Positions 27,072 through 34,311 of a stretch of 34,311 bases of DNA are shown here, one piece after another. How positions within the stretch are numbered: the stretch's first letter is position 1; each line of letters opens with the position of its first letter. The notes under the pieces were generated by a model. It did not search any database, had not been told where the DNA came from, and saw only the letters and a program-made list of their open reading frames with translations. This DNA is from a virus. Its lineage: Duplodnaviria > Caudoviricetes. The position numbers and the translations under genes were made by a program. Where the stretch lies: positions 1 to 34,311 of IMG/VR virus record IMGVR_UViG_3300046170_000303; one strand, 5' to 3'.

Positions 27072-27850
27072 GTATTGCCGCAGTTAGTTGGGCTTTTAAG
27101 CAGAAGGTCAATGATCCGATCGCAAAGTTAGTTCTGATCGGGATTGCAGATAAATATAACGAAGAACGCGGCTATGCTTGGCCTTCGGTTAAATGGCTGG
27201 CTGAAGTAGCTGACTGCACAACACGCACTGTTCAAAGCAAAATTAAGTTGCTTGAAGAAGTCGGAATGCTGGTTCGTGTCATGCAGAAAAACGGCAAAAC
27301 GAACGACACAAATCATTATCATATCCCGCCACTAGGGGGGGGTGAAAATCCTTCAGGGGTGAACCAACTGCTTCAGGGGGGGGGTGAAGCAACTGCTTCA
27401 GGGGGAGGGGTGAAGCAACCTGTTCACCCTAACTATAGTAATAACTATATAAACAATAAATATATCATCGATTCTTTTGATTTGTTCTGGAATGTAGTGC
27501 CAAAAAAGGTTGGGAAAAAAGCCGCATTTAAGGCTTTCAAGAACGCATTAAAAGATGCTGAACCTGATGCGATTATGGCTGGCATGAATGCCTATGCTGA
27601 TAAGGTTACGCGTGAAAAGGTCGAGCCTAAGTTTATTTGCCATCCTTCAACGTGGCTGAATGAAGGGCGCTGGGATGATGAAGAAACAGCCGCACCAGCT
27701 TCAACAGATAATTTTGGCGTATCGCGCAGATGGATGCCTGCAACGCTGGATGAGTTTCTAGCCAAGTTTAATGCAATGCCAGATTACTACAGGATGAACC
27801 GGCCTGACATAATTGCGCAGGCTAAACAGAATGGGTGGCTTAATGAGTAA
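27068..27850 (+). CDS. Replication initiator (winged HTH N-terminus, internal iterons)
   Basis: AKLVL..IAD...G.AWPS..WLA HTH; FDLFW...PKKVGK..A.KAF; HPSTWLNEGRW. Confidence 0.85.
   Translation: MSIAAVSWAFKQKVNDPIAKLVLIGIADKYNEERGYAWPSVKWLAEVADCTTRTVQSKIKLLEEVGMLVRVMQKNGKTNDTNHYHIPPLGGGENPSGVNQLLQGGGEATASGGGVKQPVHPNYSNNYINNKYIIDSFDLFWNVVPKKVGKKAAFKAFKNALKDAEPDAIMAGMNAYADKVTREKVEPKFICHPSTWLNEGRWDDEETAAPASTDNFGVSRRWMPATLDEFLAKFNAMPDYYRMNRPDIIAQAKQNGWLNE
27335..27470. repeat. Replication origin: four GGTGAA...TTCA iterons followed by an AT-rich tract
   Basis: GGGGTGAA(G/C)CAACTGCTTCAGGGG-type units separated by G runs, then AACTATAGTAATAACTATATAAACAATAAATATAT. Confidence 0.8.
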
Positions 27851-28334
27851 AAAAGATATGCTAGAGGTTGGTGTCGTGCCAACGCCGGAGTTTCTTGAAA
27901 AGCACAGCGTTGAGCATATTGAAACGCGCGTTGCTGGTAAGAAGCGGATGCGCGTAACTGACCAGCTTTGGATAGATTACTATCTGAAGCACAAGCATAT
28001 CGACAATGCGCAGTATTTGACCGCTACGCGCTTGCTGGCGCTGTATAGGGCGGCTGGTAGGGCGCAGAAGGTAACAGGCAGTCTTGATGGCATGCCTAAA
28101 GGCGGTAATGGTGACATGAGTGATCGCAATGCTAACTCATTAGCTGATTTCAACAGGATTGCGCGCCGTATGGGTGCCAATAGCTTTAGCTGTGTTGAGT
28201 CGGTCGTGTTGCATGATATTAGCGCGGCAGAATGGGCGCGAATAAATGGGCGCAACCCGAAGGCCGCACCCGAAATATTTAGAATGGCTTTAGATGATCT
28301 GGAAGATGCTTTCAAGCGTCTGCGGGATCGTTAG
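27843..28334 (+). CDS. Putative late-transcription regulator (DUF6456-like)
   Basis: Last gene of the early right operon; I...QY..A.RL...Y, VVL, ALDDL pattern; function inferred from position. Confidence 0.5.
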   Translation: MSKKDMLEVGVVPTPEFLEKHSVEHIETRVAGKKRMRVTDQLWIDYYLKHKHIDNAQYLTATRLLALYRAAGRAQKVTGSLDGMPKGGNGDMSDRNANSLADFNRIARRMGANSFSCVESVVLHDISAAEWARINGRNPKAAPEIFRMALDDLEDAFKRLRDR

Positions 28335-28452
28335 CTGGCACTTTGCCTTCGCCATCACAATCATGGCAAAAGTCAGGCACAGTGTCGGTCGGATCAAACC
28401 AATCTCTGATCCTGATCCAGCCTGTGCCTTTACAAGTTTTGCAATCAGACAT
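28312..28452 (-). CDS. 46-aa DnaJ-type zinc-finger microprotein
   Basis: MSDCKTCKGTG...CHDCDGEG (two CxxCxGxG); ATGTCTGA overlap with the upstream micro-ORF. Confidence 0.7.
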   Translation of the reverse strand: MSDCKTCKGTGWIRIRDWFDPTDTVPDFCHDCDGEGKVPANDPADA

Positions 28453-28585
28453 CGATGCCGCAGATGTATTGGAATGCTTTCCAAAAATAGCTGTCACGCC
28501 CGCCTAATACGCTTGCCATAAAGGTCATAAAGATCGCTAAGAAGATTGCGCCTTCGATAATTGCTCGTTTGTCTAAATAGTGCAT
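28445..28585 (-). CDS. 46-aa single-TM microprotein (not in the ORF track)
   Basis: MHYLDKRAIIEGAIFLAIFMTFMASVLGGRDSYFWKAFQYICGIDV; RBS GGAG; directly downstream of a promoter. Confidence 0.65.
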   Translation of the reverse strand: MHYLDKRAIIEGAIFLAIFMTFMASVLGGRDSYFWKAFQYICGIDV

Positions 28586-28612
28586 TACACGCTCCATATT
28601 TGTTATATGCGC

Positions 28613-28654
28613 ATTTTATGCGTATTGGTAATATGGTGTCAACATATATGCGTA
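28613..28654 (-). promoter_or_regulatory. Promoter with operator-like motif for the microprotein pair
   Basis: TACGCATATATG-TTGACA-18-TAAAAT on the minus strand. Confidence 0.65.
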
Positions 28655-28667
28655 TATATGCGTGCAT

Positions 28668-28701
28668 AAAAAAAGACGCCGCCAATTATGGAAGCGTCTT
28701 T
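28668..28701 (-). terminator. Terminator after the ParB-like moron
   Basis: AAAGACGC...GCGTCTTTTTTT on the minus strand. Confidence 0.6.
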
Positions 28702-28721
28702 GTTTGTATGTTTTTGATGCC

Positions 28722-29591
28722 TTAAAATGCTGATAATTTGTCAGCTAAACCAACGATAACATCAGCTTTAGTTGATGATTTGCCTGTTTTGTAATTCTTA
28801 TATGCGCGACTCAACATTACGCCATATTGATGCGCGCGTAGCTGATATGCTCTGTCCATGCGCATGCGATTTACATTTTCAAGCAAGAAGGGAATCGGTG
28901 CGCGTGGCTTTGAGCCTATACCTTTGCACATATCATCAAAAAAAGCTGTAATTTGCTCTTTTTGCCCATGTTGGCAAGCAACATAGAAAAAGCCACCAAT
29001 TACACCAGTTTGCCATTTTGTTGTTTTATATACTCTGTTGGCTACATTAATTGCTTCCTGAAGCAAGTCATGGTCAATTTCAGCTAAATATTTTGACTTT
29101 AACCAATCATTTGAAACACCTGATTTGGGTGACTCTGACATGCCAGCTTCATAAGCTATAATCATTTTTATGATTGTTGATGCTCTTTTATAATTTGGCA
29201 CGCCCATCATTGCCAAAGTATCAGCGCCATCACGTTTCTTGCCCACATCGATATGTTGAAATGTTTCAGGATCAATACCAAAACAGGCATGCGTTTCAAA
29301 AGGGGTGTTAGCACGCACACAAGCTTCTAGCCTGTGCTGACCATCTTTTAGAAGCCCATCATTGCCAAACTTTATAGTTTCTCCTGTCAATGACCAGTTC
29401 TTTGTCATCATATCTTTGCTGTAACTTAAAACTTTTGATGAACTTATTGGACGATTGTTTTGATTAGTAGCATTCAAAGCAAACTTTGCCACCTTTGGCG
29501 TAATTTGAATGATTACACTACCAGCCGGTGGCTTGCTGATATGCTTATTGAGTTGGCTCTCATTCAAAGTCTTTGCTCTCATGGCTGTCAT
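28722..29591 (-). CDS. ParB/Srx-like N-terminal domain protein (moron)
   Basis: ITP..A..L..N.NNRPI, W.LTGETI.F...G.L.DGQHRL.A, IDVGKKR motifs; has its own promoter and terminator. Confidence 0.75.
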   Translation of the reverse strand: MTAMRAKTLNESQLNKHISKPPAGSVIIQITPKVAKFALNATNQNNRPISSSKVLSYSKDMMTKNWSLTGETIKFGNDGLLKDGQHRLEACVRANTPFETHACFGIDPETFQHIDVGKKRDGADTLAMMGVPNYKRASTIIKMIIAYEAGMSESPKSGVSNDWLKSKYLAEIDHDLLQEAINVANRVYKTTKWQTGVIGGFFYVACQHGQKEQITAFFDDMCKGIGSKPRAPIPFLLENVNRMRMDRAYQLRAHQYGVMLSRAYKNYKTGKSSTKADVIVGLADKLSAF

Positions 29592-29625
29592 TACTGACTC
29601 CCTAATGTGGTTTACAATAGGTCAT

Positions 29626-29666
29626 AATCTATTACTTTAAGTAATTTGTGTCAACATATATGCGCA
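29626..29666 (-). promoter_or_regulatory. Promoter with operator-like motif for the ParB-like gene
   Basis: TGCGCATATATG-TTGACA-17-TAAGAT on the minus strand. Confidence 0.7.
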
Positions 29667-29742
29667 TATTGCGCGTAGGGGCGATATGTGGTAGGGTGTT
29701 GTCAGAATCGAATAAATCCCCATAAATGACAGAGACAACTCG

Positions 29743-31059
29743 ATGCGAGACCTCAATGTGGTGTGGCAAGACGTTAGCGCGTTGACGCCATACATCAGAA
29801 ACAGCCGAACACACTCCGATGAACAGGTCGCACAGGTTGCGGCAAGCATTAAGGAATTTGGTTGGACTAATCCTATATTGATCGATGAAGATCACAGCAT
29901 AATTGCTGGTCATGGACGCTTACAGGCGGCTCAAAGATTGAGTGCTGAACAAGTGCCGACTATTACGCTTACCGGCCTTACAGACGCACAAAAGCGGGCT
30001 TATGTTATCGCTGATAATAAGCTGGCTCTAAATGCAGGCTGGGACGAAGAAATGCTGGCGGTCGAAATCAATGATCTGCTTGGTGAAGGCTTTGATCTGG
30101 AATTGACCGGCTTTGACCAAAGCGAAATTGATGCATTATTAGCTGAAGCTGATAAGGTTGATGATGGGCTGACTGATGAAGATGCTGTGCCGGAAGTGCC
30201 AGCAGTACCGGTTAGCAAGCTGGGCGATGTTTGGGTGCTTGGCAGGCATAGGGTTATGTGTGGTGATAGCACCAGTATTGATGCTGTTGATAAGCTGACA
30301 GATCAGTTACCAGCTGATATGGTTTTTACTGATCCGCCATATGGTATGAGCTACGGTGGTGGCAGAGCGCGCGGTGATGATGCCTTAAATAAAAAAGGCG
30401 GCGTCCTAATTAAAGCTCATGGCATGATAAAAGGTGATGATCTACAGGGCGATAACTTAATTAGTTTAGTTAGGGACGCATTAGCTACTGCTAAAGCTAC
30501 TAGCAAAGCTGGTGCGGCTTTTTATGTATGCTTTACTTGGCGCACTTATTCAGAATTTGAAAACGCTTTAAGCGAGTGCGGGTTAGCCGTTAGCAACTGC
30601 ATAGTTTGGGATAAAAAAAGCATAGGTTTAGGCAACGCTAATTATCGCCCACAGCATGAGTTTATCTTTTACTGCAAAGGTGGAGTCTGGCAGGGCGATA
30701 AAAGTCAAAGCGATGTTTGGTATATGAGTCGTGGTGCGACAGGTGAATATGTGCATCCTACACAAAAGCCAGTAGAGCTAGTTGAGCGTGCAATTAGCAA
30801 TAGTAGCAAAGCTGGTGACACAGTATTGGATTTGTTTGGTGGCTCTGGAAGCACGCTCATTGCGGCTGAAAAGACAGGACGCAACGCACGCCTGATGGAG
30901 CTTGATGAAAAGTATGTGGATGTCATCGTAAAGCGATGGCAGGAATTTACAGGCAAAGACGCAGTACACGCGGAATCTGGGCAAACATTTAACGAGATTG
31001 ATAATGTCGGCATCGAAGAAAACACCGGAAACAGTGCAGAAGTTTCTGCAACGTATTAG
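29743..31059 (+). CDS. ParB-domain / N6-N4 DNA methyltransferase fusion
   Basis: NSRTHS..Q, FGWTNPILID, IIAGHGR, IADNKL (ParB-like); TDPPY, HPTQKP, DLFGGSGST (MTase). Confidence 0.92.
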   Translation: MRDLNVVWQDVSALTPYIRNSRTHSDEQVAQVAASIKEFGWTNPILIDEDHSIIAGHGRLQAAQRLSAEQVPTITLTGLTDAQKRAYVIADNKLALNAGWDEEMLAVEINDLLGEGFDLELTGFDQSEIDALLAEADKVDDGLTDEDAVPEVPAVPVSKLGDVWVLGRHRVMCGDSTSIDAVDKLTDQLPADMVFTDPPYGMSYGGGRARGDDALNKKGGVLIKAHGMIKGDDLQGDNLISLVRDALATAKATSKAGAAFYVCFTWRTYSEFENALSECGLAVSNCIVWDKKSIGLGNANYRPQHEFIFYCKGGVWQGDKSQSDVWYMSRGATGEYVHPTQKPVELVERAISNSSKAGDTVLDLFGGSGSTLIAAEKTGRNARLMELDEKYVDVIVKRWQEFTGKDAVHAESGQTFNEIDNVGIEENTGNSAEVSATY

Positions 31060-31471
31060 CGAAGGCAGAAGTCAGTCATCTGTTTGTCGCGATGAAGATA
31101 TGCCAGCTTGGGTAACAATCTGGACATGGGCAAAGGAAGACCCAAAATTTGCGGCGGCTTTTGCTGAAGCAAAAGAACAGCGTGGCAATTATTATGGCGA
31201 AAAGGTTGCAGAGATAGCTATGGCTGTACTCAGCGGAAAGCTTAAAGATAGCAATTCAGCGCGGGTGGCTATAGATGGCTTGAAGTGGTCTGCGGCTAGA
31301 ATGGCGTCAAAGAATTTCGGTGATCGTATGCAAGTAGAACATAGCGCGCAGAGTAGCTATGTGGATGCTTTGAAGGGCGTGCAAGAGCGATTGGACGGTG
31401 AGGGTGCGCATAGCGCTCTACCAGAAGAACTACGCGCGCGAAAAGGCGACGAAACAACAACAATGCAATAG
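31004..31471 (+). CDS. terS: Terminase small subunit
   Basis: ISEG.S...VCRDEDMP...TI..W...DP.F; ARVAIDGLKW.AARM..K.FGD; upstream of terL. Confidence 0.85.
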   Translation: MSASKKTPETVQKFLQRISEGRSQSSVCRDEDMPAWVTIWTWAKEDPKFAAAFAEAKEQRGNYYGEKVAEIAMAVLSGKLKDSNSARVAIDGLKWSAARMASKNFGDRMQVEHSAQSSYVDALKGVQERLDGEGAHSALPEELRARKGDETTTMQ

Positions 31472-31525
31472 GCGTTAGGCTAATAGCCTGACGAAAGCTT
31501 ATATATACTGCGGGTTTGCGCCGGT

Positions 31526-31547
31526 TGGTGCTACGGTGGTGCTATGA
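31526..31547 (-). repeat. Copy of the attP-flanking tandem repeat in the terS-terL gap
   Basis: Reverse complement TCATAGCACCACCGTAGCACCA matches 20798-20819 at 21/22. Confidence 0.85.
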
Positions 31548-31728
31548 CGGCTGGCTAATTTATAGCGATCTGGCTGACACCCCCCCCTAAAAATCGCGGG
31601 CGGGGCGGTCTTGGTTTATCCCCCAAGCATCAACCCCCCCCTTTTATCAACCAAGCACCATACCGCTATCAGAAAAAAAATTTTGGCACTGGCGCAATTT
31701 TACATGCGCTGTGGGATCGGGGCGGGCA

Positions 31729-33120
31729 TTGACTGACATCGAAGATACCATTTTACGCTTGCGCAACGATCCTGTTTTATTCGTTGAGCAAGTTATCGGC
31801 GCTAAACCGCAACGCTGGCAGGCTGAAGCATTACGCGCCATTTCAAAGCATGACAAAGTAGCCATTAAAAGCGGTCACGGCGTCGGCAAGACGGCCTTTG
31901 AATCGTGGGTGGCGTTATGGTGGTTATTAACCCATTACCCCTGTAAGGCCGCTATAACGGCGAATACGGCGCACCAGCTTAACGATGTGCTATGGACTGA
32001 AATAGATAAATGGGCGCGCAAGCTACCAGCCGGATTCAAAGACCTACTAGAGTTCAAGAGCGACAAGATCAGCTTAAAAGGTGCAACCGACTCATTTGCT
32101 GTTGCGCGCACAAGCAGGCGTGAAAATCCAGAGGCGCTTCAGGGCTTTCACAGCGAAAACATGCTTTTTATTTGTGAAGAAGCATCCGGTATTCCTGATG
32201 TTGTGTTTCAGGTTGGCGAAGGCTCTATGTCTACAAGAGGCGCTAAAACGCTGATGTGTGGCAACCCGACCAGAGCCGATGGTTATTTCTATGATGCCTT
32301 TCATAGCGACCGCGACCAATGGCATTGCATCACGGTTTCTTGTGAAGATGCTGACACTGTTTCTGAAAAGTTTCTTGCCGATATGGCTTCAAAATATGGG
32401 GAAGATAGCAATGTATACCGCGTTCGCGTCTTGGGTGAATTCCCGACTCAATCGGATGATGTTCTGGTGCCACTACACTTGGTTGAAAGCGCAGTTAAAC
32501 GAGACATCGAAGCCAGCCCGACGACACCGGTTGTTTGGGGCTTGGATGTTGCCAGATTTGGCGGCGACCGTTCAGCGCTCTGCAAGCGGCAGGGGCAGAT
32601 CGTTCTTGAGCCGATTAAGACGTGGCAGAACAAAGATTTGATGGAGCTTGCGGGCATCATTTTAACTGAATATGAGGCGACCCGCTATATGGATCGCCCG
32701 ACGCATATTTACATTGACAGCATTGGCATTGGTGCTGGTCTTGCTGACCGTTTAGCTGAATTGGACATGCCTGCGATTGGCGTGGCTGTTTCGGAGTCAC
32801 CAAGCTTAAAAGACAAGTTTATGCGCTTGCGGGATGAATTGTTCTGGAAGGCGCGCGAGTGGTTTGAAGGCCGCGATGTTCATATTGAGAATGACGAAAC
32901 GCTTATCAGCGAGATAACCAGCGTGCGTTACAAGTATCAATCAAGCGGCAAGCTGAAGATTGAAAGCAAAGATGAAATGAAGCGTCGCGGGCAGCGCAGT
33001 CCTGACGTTGCTGACAGCTTTGTACTGACATTTGCTGGTGACGGCGCTATGGCGGCGGGCAATTCAAGCAGATGGAACAGCCGCACAACATTGAAGCAAA
33101 GCACAAGCTGGATCGTATGA
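31729..33120 (+). CDS. terL: Terminase large subunit
   Basis: WQ, SGHGVGKT Walker A, EEASG Walker B, GNPTR, GLDVARFGGD nuclease, SPDVADS; start TTG 31729 or GTG 31711. Confidence 0.95.
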   Translation: MTDIEDTILRLRNDPVLFVEQVIGAKPQRWQAEALRAISKHDKVAIKSGHGVGKTAFESWVALWWLLTHYPCKAAITANTAHQLNDVLWTEIDKWARKLPAGFKDLLEFKSDKISLKGATDSFAVARTSRRENPEALQGFHSENMLFICEEASGIPDVVFQVGEGSMSTRGAKTLMCGNPTRADGYFYDAFHSDRDQWHCITVSCEDADTVSEKFLADMASKYGEDSNVYRVRVLGEFPTQSDDVLVPLHLVESAVKRDIEASPTTPVVWGLDVARFGGDRSALCKRQGQIVLEPIKTWQNKDLMELAGIILTEYEATRYMDRPTHIYIDSIGIGAGLADRLAELDMPAIGVAVSESPSLKDKFMRLRDELFWKAREWFEGRDVHIENDETLISEITSVRYKYQSSGKLKIESKDEMKRRGQRSPDVADSFVLTFAGDGAMAAGNSSRWNSRTTLKQSTSWIV

Positions 33121-33383
33121 CCGACAACATCATCGAGTTCCCTTCAAAAGCAGATGATTTGCATATTGAAGTGGAATTTGACGACGACGTTATTAGTGAT
33201 GTTTTTTTTGCATTGCAGATAATGATTAAAGGCATGACCGCCGGAGAGCATGCCCGCTTTGAAGATTGCGTTGATGCCTGCATTATGGCGGCAAGCTGGT
33301 CAGCTAAACAGGCTGGCTATAGTGCGGCAGAACTGACTGAAGTGTTTCAAAGCATCAGAGTGGAGCCGCATGATGCCGAATAA
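33117..33383 (+). CDS. Acidic hypothetical protein
   Basis: Start MTDNIIEFP via ATGA overlap with terL. Confidence 0.6.
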   Translation: MTDNIIEFPSKADDLHIEVEFDDDVISDVFFALQIMIKGMTAGEHARFEDCVDACIMAASWSAKQAGYSAAELTEVFQSIRVEPHDAE

Positions 33384-33663
33384 AAAAGACCCGCGTTTGG
33401 AGCGTGCTGGCGTTACTGGCTATAACAAGCCCCGCCGCACACCAAAGCATCCAAAGAAATCGCATATCGTAGTTGCTAAAGAGGGCGATAAGGTCAAGAC
33501 CATTCGCTTTGGGCAACAGGGCGCAAAGACGGCTGGCGCGCCGAAAAAAGGCGAAAGCAAAGCCACAAAGCAGAAGCGTGCATCGTTCAAAGCAAGACAT
33601 GCAAAGAATATTGCAAAAGGCAAGATGTCTGCGGCTTTTTGGTCTAGTCGTGAGAAATGGTAG
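33370..33663 (+). CDS. Basic hypothetical protein
   Basis: YNKPRRTP.HPKKSH.V, KTIRFGQQG, RASFKARH, SAAFWS...KW; RBS GGAG. Confidence 0.75.
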   Translation: MMPNKKDPRLERAGVTGYNKPRRTPKHPKKSHIVVAKEGDKVKTIRFGQQGAKTAGAPKKGESKATKQKRASFKARHAKNIAKGKMSAAFWSSREKW

Positions 33664-33666
33664 CCA

Positions 33667-33825
33667 ATGAGTTTATATAAAAACATTCACGCAAAGCGTA
33701 AACGCATTGCGGCTGGTAGTGGCGAAAAAATGCGTAAAGCTGGTGCAAAAGGTGCGCCGTCAGCTAAAGCATTTAAGCAGGCGGCTAAAACAGCAAAGAA
33801 AAAGAAAAAGGTAAAAAAAGCATGA
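33667..33825 (+). CDS. 52-aa Lys/Ala-rich basic protein (not in the ORF track)
   Basis: MSLYKNIHAKRKRIAAGSGEKMRKAGAKGAPSAKAFKQAAKTAKKKKKVKKA; ATGA overlap with next gene. Confidence 0.7.
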   Translation: MSLYKNIHAKRKRIAAGSGEKMRKAGAKGAPSAKAFKQAAKTAKKKKKVKKA

Positions 33826-34046
33826 ATCTATGTGAAAAATGCCCGACTCCGGTTCGCTGTGTAAGGCGCACAAAATGCTTCGACAATCGTTTGCCAGTGG
33901 CATCGATCGTATTGGCAAAGCCAGAGCCTATGGCTGTAAAGACAACCACCGGCGAAGGCGTGACATCAATTAAGGAAAAAGTCATGAATTACACAAAAAA
34001 GAAGCCCGCTAAAAAGGCAGTCAAGAAAAAGCCAGCGAAGAAATAA
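33822..34046 (+). CDS. 4-Cys, Lys-rich small protein
   Basis: LCEKCPTPVRCVRRTKC; histone-H1-like tail KKKPAKKAVKKKPAKK. Confidence 0.6.
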   Translation: MNLCEKCPTPVRCVRRTKCFDNRLPVASIVLAKPEPMAVKTTTGEGVTSIKEKVMNYTKKKPAKKAVKKKPAKK

Positions 34047-34214
34047 ATGTATTTTCAAAGAGTTTTAAGGCGACCAAAGCCTGCACCGGTGGCAGAAAAG
34101 CCATCATTTGAACTGTGTAGCGGGTGCGTAACGCCAAAATTCTGTAAATCAAACACTGGTTGCGATGTTGCAAATCTTAAAAAGCCAGCCAAAAAGCGAG
34201 CTAAACGCAAATGA
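34047..34214 (+). CDS. 55-aa 4-Cys, Lys-rich small protein (not in the ORF track)
   Basis: MYFQRVLRRPKPAPVAEKPSFELCSGCVTPKFCKSNTGCDVANLKKPAKKRAKRK; TAAATG and ATGA coupling. Confidence 0.6.
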   Translation: MYFQRVLRRPKPAPVAEKPSFELCSGCVTPKFCKSNTGCDVANLKKPAKKRAKRK

Positions 34215-34311
34215 AAATGGACAACGACGAAATCGGACAGGTGGTTGCGCGCGAAATATCTGACGCGCTTTCGCACCATGACTCCGAATATGCGGCTGAC
34301 CGTATTAAGGC
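34211..34311 (+). CDS. Portal protein, 5' part (continues at position 1)
   Basis: MKMDNDEIGQVVAREISDALSHHDSEYAADRIK + GC|G continues in frame into the ORF at 95..1897. Confidence 0.9.
   Translation, partial: MKMDNDEIGQVVAREISDALSHHDSEYAADRIK

Noticed and set aside
28494-28685. 63-aa minus-strand ORF from the track
   Set aside because: It runs through the terminator and promoter; the 46-aa ORF at 28585-28445 has the RBS and coupling and is the better call

Overview
This window is a complete, circularly permuted genome (34,311 bp) of a temperate podovirus-like tailed phage. The portal gene runs in frame across the window end/start junction. Gene content and the tRNA-fMet att core point to a marine alphaproteobacterial host (inference). 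Gene order: portal, GNAT, ejection-like protein, scaffold, major capsid, adaptor and tail tube/nozzle genes, ejection proteins, two tail-fibre cassettes, lysis region (including a PD-(D/E)XK endonuclease and a stand-alone TSCPD-like protein), attP (3' half of tRNA-fMet), tyrosine integrase, leftward recombination operon (SSB-like, ERF, YqaJ), cI/cro switch, Holliday junction resolvase, replication initiator with iterons, two minus-strand morons, ParB-methyltransferase, terS, terL and a cluster of small lysine-rich proteins. Most unusual observations: (1) the TAGCACC tandem repeat flanking attP recurs (21/22 nt) 11 kb away in the terS-terL gap, the likely packaging origin; (2) the integrase lacks its first catalytic Arg and the His of HxxR, and the repressor lacks its catalytic Ser; (3) two GNAT genes each sit directly before a protein with a poly-Gly N-terminus; (4) an I-Ssp6803I-like endonuclease lies near an att core resembling that family's tRNA-fMet target; (5) a candidate pseudoknot lies in the tail-fibre operon. 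All calls come from motif recognition and gene order; no database searches were run.
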